NCBI GenBank assembly: GCA_964474445.1
Contig: CAYYSJ010000001.1
Location: 78,530 to 142,529, forward strand
Direction of reading: 5' to 3'
DNA: 64,000 nucleotides
Source of the DNA: an uncultured Gammaproteobacteria bacterium
Lineage (GTDB): Bacteria > Patescibacteriota > Microgenomatia > Levybacterales > UBA12049
Positions 28,785 through 38,258 of the stretch are shown in pieces; position 1 is the stretch's first letter; each line of letters begins with the position of its first letter. Below the pieces are notes generated by a model, which ran no database searches, had not been told where the DNA came from, and saw only the letters and a program-made list of their open reading frames with translations. A program made the translations under genes and the position numbers.

Positions 28785-29438
28785 ATGACAAGTCACAGTT
28801 ATATCTTTTTTTCTGTTCAACACTCCTTTTATGAGTTATCAGACTCTAAGAAGGAGAAATATAAAAAAGAGTTTATCAAAGCATTGAAAGATGAAAAGCA
28901 CGTCTTGTGGTATACCTATGCAACACTTGGCCTAAAGACAAATACCACGATGATGCTATGGTTTCAGTCAGAAACAATTGATGCTATACAACTTTTTCTT
29001 AATAAACTTGTGCATACAAAATTAGGTGAACATTTAGTTATTACCTATACGCTTTTTGGCATGACACGCCCTACACAATATTCAGATAAGTCAACACGAC
29101 ATCTACATACTGAGCGAAAAGGTGGGAAATACCTTGTTATCTATCCTTTTACCAAAACAACTGAATGGTACATGCTTGATTTTGAAACCAGAAGAAAATT
29201 AATGGGGGGGCACGTCATGATAGGAAAAAAATATCCGCAAATAGAACAAGTCCTGTTATATTCCTATGGCATAGATGACAGTGAGTTTATTGTGAGTTAT
29301 GAAATGGATGACCTATCAGCATTCCAAAGCCTTGTCATGGAACTTCGATCGAATAAAGTCAGGGAATATACGCTAAAAGATACTCCTATTTTTACCTGTA
29401 TATATAAAACACCTGAGGAAGTTGTAACATTTTTATGA
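28785..29438 (+). CDS. hemQ: Coproheme decarboxylase / chlorite dismutase-family protein
   Basis: YPFTK..EWY.L....R..LM..H...G, YSYGIDD.EF, LVMELR; lies within the hem cluster. Confidence 0.85.
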   Translation: MTSHSYIFFSVQHSFYELSDSKKEKYKKEFIKALKDEKHVLWYTYATLGLKTNTTMMLWFQSETIDAIQLFLNKLVHTKLGEHLVITYTLFGMTRPTQYSDKSTRHLHTERKGGKYLVIYPFTKTTEWYMLDFETRRKLMGGHVMIGKKYPQIEQVLLYSYGIDDSEFIVSYEMDDLSAFQSLVMELRSNKVREYTLKDTPIFTCIYKTPEEVVTFL

Positions 29439-30454
29439 ACGCAACATTTTTAGACGCATGTTTCGGCAAAAAAACACCTTATACTCCCGTGTGGTATATG
29501 CGTCAAGCAGGCAGGTATCTTCCGCAATACCGTGAGCTAAAGGGAGAAAAAAATATTTTAGATATTGTTCGTACTCCAGAACTCGCAGTACAAATTGCAT
29601 TACAACCTGTTGATATATTAGGTGTTGATGCAGCAATTTTATATGCTGATATTATGATTCCTCTTCTTGGTATAGGTGTTGATTTAGAAATTGTTGAGAG
29701 TATTGGTCCCGTAATAAAAAATCCCATTCAAAATCAGCGTGGTGTTGAAACATTACGGATGCTTGAACCAGAACAGGATATCCCCTATCTTCTCGAAACA
29801 ATTTCAATGTTAAAAAATGAGCTAAAAGAGAAAGTACCCCTTATTGGTTTTTCAGCAGCTCCATTTACTCTTGCGAGTTATTTACTTGAGGGTAAACCTT
29901 CTCGAGATTTTTTGAAAACAAAATCATTTATGTATTCCAATCCTACTGCTTGGCATATGCTCCTTGATAAATTAAGTGATATTAGTATCATCTACTTGCG
30001 GTCTCAAATTACAGCAGGTGTTCAAGCAATACAGCTTTTTGATAGTTGGGTTGGCTGTCTCTCTGAAGAAGATTACAAAACGTTTGTCTTTCCCTATTCT
30101 AAGCGAATTTTCGACAACCTTCAAACATCTTCCGTCCCGCGTATTCATTTTGGTACGAATACAGCAGGAATGCTCAAGACGTTTTCATCAGTTGATTGTG
30201 AGGTTGTTGGTGTTGACTGGAGAATGCCACTTAATAGAGCATGGGAAGAAATTGGATTTGAAAAAGCAATACAGGGAAATCTTGACCCTGCATTACTACT
30301 GAACGATTTCTCAATTATTAAAAAACAAGTTGATCATATCTTTGTGTCACTGCCAAAAAAAGAAGGGTATATTTTTAACGTAGGACATGGAATATTGCCA
30401 GGAACTCCAGTCGAAAACGTCTTGCGCTTAACAGAGTACGTTCATAGCAAATAA
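29435..30454 (+). CDS. hemE: Uroporphyrinogen decarboxylase
   Basis: PVWYMRQAGRYLPQYR, DAAILYADI, PFTLASY, QLFDSW, QGNLDP, FNVGHGI. Confidence 0.97.
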   Translation: MNATFLDACFGKKTPYTPVWYMRQAGRYLPQYRELKGEKNILDIVRTPELAVQIALQPVDILGVDAAILYADIMIPLLGIGVDLEIVESIGPVIKNPIQNQRGVETLRMLEPEQDIPYLLETISMLKNELKEKVPLIGFSAAPFTLASYLLEGKPSRDFLKTKSFMYSNPTAWHMLLDKLSDISIIYLRSQITAGVQAIQLFDSWVGCLSEEDYKTFVFPYSKRIFDNLQTSSVPRIHFGTNTAGMLKTFSSVDCEVVGVDWRMPLNRAWEEIGFEKAIQGNLDPALLLNDFSIIKKQVDHIFVSLPKKEGYIFNVGHGILPGTPVENVLRLTEYVHSK

Positions 30455-30462
30455 TAATTTTC

Positions 30463-31290
30463 ATGATAGTTACTGCAATTATTGCATTTCGAGAGTTTTT
30501 AGAAGCATTTCTTTTGGTAGGTGTTTTTCTTGGAATGGACAAGAAATTCCATTTAGGAAAGCGGAAAGAAATATTTTTTGCTACTGCCTTAGGAGTTAGT
30601 ATCTCACTGATGCTTCCTCTTATTGTTTTCCTTTTTGCGGGTTCTCTGCATCACATATTCTCAGAGAAAAATACAGATACCTTTGAAGGATATCTTTTAG
30701 TGTTTTCAGGATTTTTTCTGTCATATGTTATTTTTTCTCTTCATGAATTTATGAAATATGGCAAAAAAGAAACTATTCAGAAAGCAAACAAAAAGATGCA
30801 ACAAGAAATTTTTGATTTATCTCTTTTTTTGACTATTGTATTTTTTATCGCTCGTGAAGGATTTGAAGTAGCACTACTTACTGCAACAACTTCTCTTTTT
30901 TCTGTTTTTTGGACAAATGGAGAAGGTTTGTTGCTTGGATTTATGGCTGCTGCATGTATTGGTGTTGCAACATCCTTAACATATATCAATGTATCAATAA
31001 AGAAAATATTTACCTATACAGAATATTTTATTGTTATTATTGGAGCAGCAATGGTCAAGAATGGGATGAGCCTGTTACTTCAAAACTATTTACATATCCA
31101 CATGGAGAAGTTTTTACCATTACCGTTACAGTTTTTACCAAGTGATACGACAATTCTAGGACATATAATTAATAATATTTTTGGTTTACAACAGGAAGTG
31201 GGACTGATTCAGCTAGCTATTATGGGGATGTATGTCCTCCTGATATGGTCACTTTTTAAGGTCAAGAGATTACAAGTAAAACAAAATTAA
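30463..31290 (+). CDS. FTR1/EfeU family iron permease
   Basis: Two RExxE motifs (REFLE, REGFE), about 7 TM segments. Confidence 0.88.
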   Translation: MIVTAIIAFREFLEAFLLVGVFLGMDKKFHLGKRKEIFFATALGVSISLMLPLIVFLFAGSLHHIFSEKNTDTFEGYLLVFSGFFLSYVIFSLHEFMKYGKKETIQKANKKMQQEIFDLSLFLTIVFFIAREGFEVALLTATTSLFSVFWTNGEGLLLGFMAAACIGVATSLTYINVSIKKIFTYTEYFIVIIGAAMVKNGMSLLLQNYLHIHMEKFLPLPLQFLPSDTTILGHIINNIFGLQQEVGLIQLAIMGMYVLLIWSLFKVKRLQVKQN

Positions 31291-31299
31291 TTAGTCCAC

Positions 31300-31746
31300 C
31301 TACTTAGTGACTTTTTTTGTTGCATAAATTCCCCAGAAAAGAGAGAAAAGAGCTATAAGAAAATTAACAGCCATGATATAGGAATAGACATCTTTTTGTG
31401 TAGGAATAAAAATAGCACCTGCGATAACAGCCTCAAGTATGACAAAGCCTGCTAAAGAAGAAACAAAAATCCATAATCTATCTTTTTGTACAAGCGCTCG
31501 AATAAAGAAAACTATTGCTCCAAAAAGTAAAAGAAAGCCAATAATAATATGAAGAGCAAGAGGTATTTGCGTCCAGGCAAATTTCCATAATTGCCCTCCT
31601 TTTTGCCCATCAGGAAAATGGATAAAAATATTTGCAAATTCACCAAGAAGATATTGGATAGTTAAACCAACGATCAGTCCCGCAGCTTGAGGTCTTAGAG
31701 AGGAAGGAGAAGCATACGAATTAGCCATACCATACATATCATACAA
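31300..31746 (-). CDS. 4-TM membrane protein
   Basis: Four hydrophobic helices; QYLLG and LHIIIG; start may be at a downstream Met. Confidence 0.65.
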   Translation of the reverse strand: MYDMYGMANSYASPSSLRPQAAGLIVGLTIQYLLGEFANIFIHFPDGQKGGQLWKFAWTQIPLALHIIIGFLLLFGAIVFFIRALVQKDRLWIFVSSLAGFVILEAVIAGAIFIPTQKDVYSYIMAVNFLIALFSLFWGIYATKKVTK

Positions 31747-31833
31747 TATATTGTGTAAGAGTAAAGTAATCTCTTGAAGAACAATTCAGTAAGATGAATA
31801 CTCTCCTTAATTTAGCAATTAGCTGATTATGTA

Positions 31834-33099
31834 TCAATGGTTAGGGAAGTTAATTTTTTCTATGAGAGAAGGATTAAAAAAGTAATTTTTATTTTCATAT
31901 ACTATTAATTTAAATCCAACTTTTTTGTTGATACCTATCATAGCGTCATAAAGCCTCTTACTATCCTTATTTTTATCTTTAGACTCAAGCTGGATTAAAA
32001 GAGTTTCTTGGGATACTCCGTTTGAACTGTCTGAAGTAAAAAGAGCCGAACATAGTGAATATTGGATTGAATCAAGTGGAATAGTATAGTCTTTGTTATC
32101 AATAGAAAGCTTACCTGTTTTTCTATCAAATACAATTGATTTCACCTGTTTTATTGGGTTTGCCATCTGCAAATGCAAAAGCTTTGCGAATAGATAAGTA
32201 GTCACTACAGCAAGAATTGTTAGGGGAAGAATAAGAAGTGGAAAAAGGTGTTTCATTGTGGTCAGATATGTGTTAATGAGTGACAAATTACTCTGTAATG
32301 ACTTTCCTACAACAACCAACCCTAATCGGGTATTATCTTTCATCAGTGGCTTTCTCATGATGAGAAAATTTTCATTTGTTCTGGTATCAGTAACAAGTTG
32401 TGACTCAGTCTGCTGATATTCATTATATAAATAGCTTGTGTCTAAAAAGGTTGGGATTCTCCCGTTACTTAAAAGGACATGATTTGTCTGATCAATGATT
32501 TCAAATGATACGTCATAGTCTATTGTACGGACATCAATTTGTTGTGCAGAAATACTTTTCCCATCAAAAGATAACCCTTTTGTTAACGTATCCATGTTTG
32601 CCATGAGTTTGGAGTCAATGGTACTTATATTTGCATCCTGTGGATTGTAATAAGCAACAATAACGGTTGCAGCAACATTATCAGAATATTTTGTCTTTCT
32701 ACTTAACACTCTCCATACTTCATTCACAGGGGTACGAAATGTTGTAGGCTGGTTATATGCTGCAAGTGTTTTCTGATCTGTTGTGTCCAGAAGTCCATTT
32801 ATTGGGTTTGAACGAGCAAGGATAAACCCATCGTTTGTAATAACATATAGAGGAAATGGCCCTGATGAGTTGGGATATGGCATTAAGGGATCAGAGTTAA
32901 AAAGTTGAGTACTCCATTTTCCATTCGTATACATGAGATCCTTTGCTGCTTGATTTGCTATATATTGTAGGTTTTGTTTGGTATTTGTATAAGTTAAACT
33001 TGTCAAAAGATTATTACTAATAGAAACCAATAGGATGTAAAATCCTGTTAGGAAAAGGAACCAGACAGCAAATAAGAAGGCAAAACCTTTGCTATTCAT
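31834..33099 (-). CDS. Two-TM protein with large extracellular domain and C-terminal winged-helix-like domain
   Basis: TM, about 270-aa outside domain, TM, then FD..TG.L.I...LC.ALF...RLYDAM..INKK..Y.FNP; start revised to MNSKG (6 nt after TGCTATAAT). Confidence 0.65.
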   Translation of the reverse strand: MNSKGFAFLFAVWFLFLTGFYILLVSISNNLLTSLTYTNTKQNLQYIANQAAKDLMYTNGKWSTQLFNSDPLMPYPNSSGPFPLYVITNDGFILARSNPINGLLDTTDQKTLAAYNQPTTFRTPVNEVWRVLSRKTKYSDNVAATVIVAYYNPQDANISTIDSKLMANMDTLTKGLSFDGKSISAQQIDVRTIDYDVSFEIIDQTNHVLLSNGRIPTFLDTSYLYNEYQQTESQLVTDTRTNENFLIMRKPLMKDNTRLGLVVVGKSLQSNLSLINTYLTTMKHLFPLLILPLTILAVVTTYLFAKLLHLQMANPIKQVKSIVFDRKTGKLSIDNKDYTIPLDSIQYSLCSALFTSDSSNGVSQETLLIQLESKDKNKDSKRLYDAMIGINKKVGFKLIVYENKNYFFNPSLIEKINFPNH

Positions 33100-33134
33100 G
33101 ACACCATTATAGCAAAGATGGTATTTGTGTACAG

Positions 33135-33353
33135 CTATTCTTGAGATAGATGAAGATTTTGGAGATATTGCAAGGCCGGTTTCCAAATAACAGGATATTG
33201 CCAGACAGAGATATTTTTGTTCGTATTATGCACCGTTGTTATTCCTAATACGTATTTAGCAGGGATTATTTCAAAGTAGAAGTATAGGATAGCCATTCCT
33301 ACTAGCAGTAGCATAAAAAGCTTTGTATGAAATTTATTGATATGTGTTGCCAT
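33135..33353 (-). CDS. Small single-TM protein downstream of kup
   Basis: 72 aa, one TM followed by VLG; starts 2 nt after the kup stop. Confidence 0.55.
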   Translation of the reverse strand: MATHINKFHTKLFMLLLVGMAILYFYFEIIPAKYVLGITTVHNTNKNISVWQYPVIWKPALQYLQNLHLSQE

Positions 33354-33355
33354 AC

Positions 33356-35281
33356 CTATAATTCAACTGGATACATTTCAGCTGAAAGATGTTTTTCTCG
33401 ACCAAGCCCAAAGTAGATATCTGCAGTATCCGTATTGCGAGAAAGGAATTTAAAGAGTTCGTATCGAAGTTTGGCAAACAGAGTATGTGTGTGTCCTTTG
33501 AGTGTTCGTTCCTGGATAATATCAAATACCCAATCGTTATGGTTATGACTAATATTGAGTTTCTTTAAGTGAGCAAGCTCTTCTAGTTGCCCTTCTACGT
33601 TCGGATTTTCCATGAAGCCAAATCGGATAACAACACTCGTTATTGTCCCTTTTGTTTTACTTTGGAATAAATTCGTAACAATATATCTTTCTTCAGAGGT
33701 TAATATAGGTTCTTTTACTAATTCAACGGTAAGGAAAATAATATTTTCTGGCAGTATGCCGTAGCGATCCAAGAATAATTGCTTTAGTGTAGGAAGAGTA
33801 TCTTTACTACTTCGAATCGCTTTTGGTGTCATAATCATGATGGTTCGAGGAATAAAGTATTTCTCACTTTTTTTCAGTTTAATAAGGTCTTGTAAGGATG
33901 TGGCAGGGTATTCGTTGAATGCTTTTGCAATTTTTTCTCTTCCCCACTTCCATGTTTGCATAATGAAGAGAATACCAAGTCCAATTCCAAGAGGAATATA
34001 TCCTCCCTCAATGATCTTCAAGGAATTTGAAATCATGAATGATGCATCGATTATAATAAGTGGTACAAACACAGCATATGCAAGAGCAGGTTTCCATTTC
34101 CAATAGTGAACAGCTACCTGAATCATTGAGAGTGATGTCACCAACATAACTCCAGAAACTGCAAGTCCATACGCAGAGGCAAGTCGATTACTTGACTGGA
34201 AAATAACGACCAAGCTTACACAACCAACATAGAGTGCCCAGTTGATAAAAGGAACATATATTTGTCCTTCATGTTTGTGGTGCGTATGGGTTACTTTAAA
34301 GAACGGGAATAACTTGAGTGATATCGCTTGTGAAGCAAGAGAAAAACCTCCAGAAATAAGCGCTTGAGAAGCAATAATGGTTGCCAATGTTGAAATAATA
34401 ACCATTGGATAGATCATGACACTCGGTATCATGCTAAAGAAAATATTCCCGTTGATGACAGCATTACCACTTAAAAGATATGCTCCTTGTCCAAAATAAT
34501 TGATGAGAAGGGACGGGAAGACGATACTAAACCAACTTAATCGAATAGGAAGAGCGCCAAAGTGTCCCATATCAGCATACATTGCTTCTCCTCCGGTAAT
34601 AACAAGCATCACTGCTCCAAGCGTCAACAGAACATCAAGAAATGTGTGATGAAGTAAAAAGTAAAAAGCATAGTATGGATTTATTGAAAGAAAAATCTGG
34701 GGAGTATGGAGAATGCTTACGGTGCCAAAAAAGAAAATTGAAGCAAACCACACGATTACAATTGGTCCAAAGAGACTTCCAACTTTTGATGTCCCTTTAC
34801 TTTGAATAGCAAATAGTCCCGTGAGAATAATAATGGTAAGAGGAACAACATAGGGAGAAAAGGTATTGGTTGCAACGGTAAGTCCTTCAATAGAAGAAAT
34901 AACACTGATTGCAGGTGTTATAATCCCATCACCAAATAATAGCCCGGCAGCAATAATAAGGAGTACTGAGAGAATCACTTTACTTTTTGATCTTATTTTT
35001 TCAATAAGACTGTACAGTGCAAACACTCCTCCTTCCCCTTTGTTATCTGCTTTTAGAACAAAAACAACGTATTTAAATGCAATTAATAGTGTTAAGGACC
35101 ATACGACAAGACTTATTGCTCCGAGAACATCCAAACGACTTAATGTTGCTTTTCCGTGCCCGAAGAAGATTTCGTTGATTGCGTACAACGGTGAAGTTCC
35201 AATATCCCCATACACAATACCAAGTGCGGCGAGTGATAGGAATAGTGTAGTCTTTTTATCTGGAATTTTGCTATGACTCAT
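33356..35281 (-). CDS. kup: KUP/HAK/KT potassium uptake transporter
   Basis: GIVYGDIGTSPLY, ADNKGEGG, DGIITPAISV, TGGEAMYADMGHFG, GQIYVP, FGFME. Confidence 0.96.
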   Translation of the reverse strand: MSHSKIPDKKTTLFLSLAALGIVYGDIGTSPLYAINEIFFGHGKATLSRLDVLGAISLVVWSLTLLIAFKYVVFVLKADNKGEGGVFALYSLIEKIRSKSKVILSVLLIIAAGLLFGDGIITPAISVISSIEGLTVATNTFSPYVVPLTIIILTGLFAIQSKGTSKVGSLFGPIVIVWFASIFFFGTVSILHTPQIFLSINPYYAFYFLLHHTFLDVLLTLGAVMLVITGGEAMYADMGHFGALPIRLSWFSIVFPSLLINYFGQGAYLLSGNAVINGNIFFSMIPSVMIYPMVIISTLATIIASQALISGGFSLASQAISLKLFPFFKVTHTHHKHEGQIYVPFINWALYVGCVSLVVIFQSSNRLASAYGLAVSGVMLVTSLSMIQVAVHYWKWKPALAYAVFVPLIIIDASFMISNSLKIIEGGYIPLGIGLGILFIMQTWKWGREKIAKAFNEYPATSLQDLIKLKKSEKYFIPRTIMIMTPKAIRSSKDTLPTLKQLFLDRYGILPENIIFLTVELVKEPILTSEERYIVTNLFQSKTKGTITSVVIRFGFMENPNVEGQLEELAHLKKLNISHNHNDWVFDIIQERTLKGHTHTLFAKLRYELFKFLSRNTDTADIYFGLGREKHLSAEMYPVEL

Positions 35282-35290
35282 TAAAAATGT

Positions 35291-35316
35291 TTAATGACTC
35301 ATCAGTGAGTCATTAA
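35291..35316. promoter_or_regulatory. Perfect 11-bp inverted repeat upstream of kup
   Basis: TTAATGACTCA-TCAG-TGAGTCATTAA. Confidence 0.6.
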
Positions 35317-35441
35317 CAATAACCAATTTTATGTAAGAATATGAAAAAAATCAAGAAGTATTTTTTAACAAATTACCGTAAATAGTCTGCCAAGGCTTAC
35401 TAATACAATAATTTTTGATATAATTGACAAATGTCACTGCT

Positions 35442-36416
35442 ATGATAAGCCAACCTGTTAATCGAAAAATTGTGGAGAGACTGATAAGAGAATTTGGCTC
35501 GGATACCCTTTCTTATTTTCACCTTCAGCATGATAGGCAATATTTTTTTTCTCCTAGTGGGAAATCATGTCTTTCCTATAAAATAGTTAAGAATGTTGCA
35601 GTGGTTGGCGGAGATCCCGTAGGAGTGGCTACTGAGGTACCACTACTTTTAGAAACATTTCTTTCATATACTGCTTCCTGGCATATACTCCCATTATTTG
35701 TTGGTCTCAGTGAAAAATATGCCTCTGTGGTGCAAAAAACAAATATGAAGCTTGCAAAAATTGGCGAAGAGGCAATTATTGATGTACAAACGTTTGATGT
35801 AAATAATCTAAAAAAGAAAGTGCGACGAGCTGTAAGACATGCAGAGGGATCAGGGGTGGAGATATGTTTTTTTACTACAACTACTCTTCCCTTTCGTCTT
35901 AGACAACAAATAGAGGAAATTTCTTTTGACTGGATTAAAGAAAAAGGTGGAAAAGAAAAAGGATTTTCAATGACACTAAAACGATTACCTGAAGAGAATG
36001 ATCGTGATTGTATCTTTGCCGTTGCACTAAAAGATGGGGATGTCTTAGGATATCTGTACTTTGTTCCTTGTTATGGTGCAAATAGTGTCTCATTAGATCA
36101 TATTCGTAGTAAAACCAATACATATAACGGACTTCATGAATTTCTTATTATAAAATCAGCTGAATACTTCAAGAAAAATAATATCCAAAAAATGAGCTTG
36201 AATTTTGCAACATTTGCAAACGTTATTCAAACATCAAAGTCAAAATTACATATTAGACGAAGAGTGATGCTTTTGCTAATGAAACTATACAAGTGCGATA
36301 CACTTCGTTCTTTTAACAACAAATTTAAACCCTTTTGGGAGAATCGCTATGTTGCATACTCTTCCCTCTTATACTTGCCGAATTATCTTTTTGCGGTTAT
36401 CGAAGCAGAACGATAA
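35442..36416 (+). CDS. Stand-alone aminoacyl-phosphatidylglycerol synthase catalytic domain (DUF2156/MprF C-terminal)
   Basis: SDTLSYF..D..YFF, GDPVG, KIGEEA, EKGFSM.L, SLD..R, NGL.EF, SLNFA, FN.KF.P.W..RY; no TM. Confidence 0.85.
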   Translation: MISQPVNRKIVERLIREFGSDTLSYFHLQHDRQYFFSPSGKSCLSYKIVKNVAVVGGDPVGVATEVPLLLETFLSYTASWHILPLFVGLSEKYASVVQKTNMKLAKIGEEAIIDVQTFDVNNLKKKVRRAVRHAEGSGVEICFFTTTTLPFRLRQQIEEISFDWIKEKGGKEKGFSMTLKRLPEENDRDCIFAVALKDGDVLGYLYFVPCYGANSVSLDHIRSKTNTYNGLHEFLIIKSAEYFKKNNIQKMSLNFATFANVIQTSKSKLHIRRRVMLLLMKLYKCDTLRSFNNKFKPFWENRYVAYSSLLYLPNYLFAVIEAER

Positions 36417-36571
36417 ATGAAAAAGTCGCGATACATTTTAAACGGTAGGTAAGAAATGTATGCCAAGTGATTTTAAGGGAGTAAGATATTTGCGCCCAAA
36501 GCTGCGCCAACTCTTGTTGTAGCACATAATAGTAGAGGATCAGCCTTATTTTAACAATGAGAGTTTTCTGT

Positions 36572-36958
36572 CTATAAATCAGCATCACAAATGTGCTGTG
36601 TCACAGTTAACTCTCTCTGCGTCTTAGTAACTTGTCTTCGAGCATGAAAAAATAAAGGAATTTCTAATGTTCCTCCAAATAAACAGCCAATACCTAAGGA
36701 AATCTCAAAAGCATCTCTTCGTGCTATCCCAGTTGTTATGCCACCTATTCCTCCCGCCCATAGGAGAAAACTTGTTCCAAGGACTCCATAAGACCCTACT
36801 TTTTGATAGTTATTTGTTGACTGTATTGCTCTTGTTGCTGATTCTTTATCTTGGTACGTTCTCTTTGTTATTGTTGTTACCTCAACTTCTCCCGCTTGAT
36901 CTATTCTTCTTGCCGAAAGCCTGTTTTTTGTTCTTCCTTCTGTATATTCAACACTCAT
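36572..36958 (-). CDS. Hypothetical 2-TM protein
   Basis: 128-aa ORF with two Gly-rich hydrophobic segments. Confidence 0.55.
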   Translation of the reverse strand: MSVEYTEGRTKNRLSARRIDQAGEVEVTTITKRTYQDKESATRAIQSTNNYQKVGSYGVLGTSFLLWAGGIGGITTGIARRDAFEISLGIGCLFGGTLEIPLFFHARRQVTKTQRELTVTQHICDADL

Positions 36959-37022
36959 TACATAACAGTATGAAGCAATAAAAAAGGTTGTATAAAAGTG
37001 AAGTAATAATTAAGAAAGACCT

Positions 37023-38213
37023 TTAGGAGACAAAGTATCCTTTGGAAAAGTAAGCAAGTAGGAAAAAAAGTGCGATGAGACTGATGCAGATATAGACTGC
37101 TTTGAGAATCCTTGAATTATGAAGTGCTAAAGCTAAAAATGTAGGGAATAACACAAGAACATATCGGGGAAGTGCAGTAAATGTCCCTGATTGTGTTGCG
37201 ATAAGAAAGGTAAAAAGACAAAATAGAATGTACCTCTTTTGAATTCCCTTTTTCCACGCATACCACAAAAACACTGCTCCAAAGAAAAACGAAGAAAATT
37301 CCAGGAATGATATCCACCATTCAAAATGTGTGTAGGGAACGGTGAAAAGAATTCGTATATATCGAATAAGTGTTTGGGGGAAAAAGATAATTGTTCCTAG
37401 CTTTCGCCCATTGACGGCAAGTTGTTGTGCATGGACAAAATATAAGCTATCATGCCATCGCCATAAGGAGTAAAGCATGACAAGGAGCAAGCCACTTGGC
37501 ATAATGATAAGAGGCATCCATGTCTGCCACCTCCCTTTCCATGTCTGAGAACGAAAAGCGAGAAGTTGTTTCCTGTTTTCTTGGATATAAAAATAAGCAG
37601 TAATTGGAATCATGCACACTCCAACAATGCGAGTAAGGCTGAGAAGTAGTGTAGCAATGGAAGCTGAAAAATAACTCTTCTCCCGAAGGAGTAGAAATGT
37701 CAAAAAGGTAAAGAAAAGGAATGTTCCTTCTGAATAAAAGCTTCCAAAGAAAAAGGATGTAGGAAATACAAGGAGAAAAATTATCGTAGCGTAAATGGTG
37801 TTATCAGAATAATCGTAATGCAACAGCTTATAGAGAAGAAGTAATGCCCCAAGAAATATTGCATTACTGACAAGAAAGGCAAGGGTAAACTCCTTGAGCC
37901 CCATAAATGGCCCACTACCAAGTAAAACATACGGAATACGAATAAGATATGGGTACACAGGGAAAAACCTTCCATCTGCGCCATCTCGATAATTTCCATC
38001 CCCAGCAATCGTTAAATAATGAACACCGTCAAAATTTGCCCATGGATACCCAAAAATACTCTGTACAGGGAAATAAGGACGTGTGTATGCCCAGATAGTA
38101 TATTGATCAGAACCTGGATTGTTTGGAATGTGATTCTGACTAAATATGAGCGGTGTGAAAAGAAAAAGTCTCCAAACGACAAATATAAAAATAATTTTCC
38201 AGTACCATTTCAT
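37023..38213 (-). CDS. GT-C membrane mannosyltransferase (PIG-V-like)
   Basis: WANFDGVHYL.IA..Y, FFP.YP, FPTSFF...YSE..F, R..G, PRY. Confidence 0.85.
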   Translation of the reverse strand: MKWYWKIIFIFVVWRLFLFTPLIFSQNHIPNNPGSDQYTIWAYTRPYFPVQSIFGYPWANFDGVHYLTIAGDGNYRDGADGRFFPVYPYLIRIPYVLLGSGPFMGLKEFTLAFLVSNAIFLGALLLLYKLLHYDYSDNTIYATIIFLLVFPTSFFFGSFYSEGTFLFFTFLTFLLLREKSYFSASIATLLLSLTRIVGVCMIPITAYFYIQENRKQLLAFRSQTWKGRWQTWMPLIIMPSGLLLVMLYSLWRWHDSLYFVHAQQLAVNGRKLGTIIFFPQTLIRYIRILFTVPYTHFEWWISFLEFSSFFFGAVFLWYAWKKGIQKRYILFCLFTFLIATQSGTFTALPRYVLVLFPTFLALALHNSRILKAVYICISLIALFFLLAYFSKGYFVS

Positions 38214-38258
38214 GAGAAAATTGTACCTTAAATGTTTAAAAAAAATAAGAGGATAAGG

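Noticed and set aside
28785-29438. True chlorite dismutase (perchlorate respiration)
   Set aside because: Has the ChdC-type YPFxK motif, no signal peptide, and sits between hemD and hemE; coproheme decarboxylase fits better
36504-36512. GCGCCAACT identical to the 3' end of tRNA-Arg(TCT) at 13151-13159, a possible attR
   Set aside because: Only 9 bp, plausible by chance in 64 kb; no integrase; another tRNA lies between
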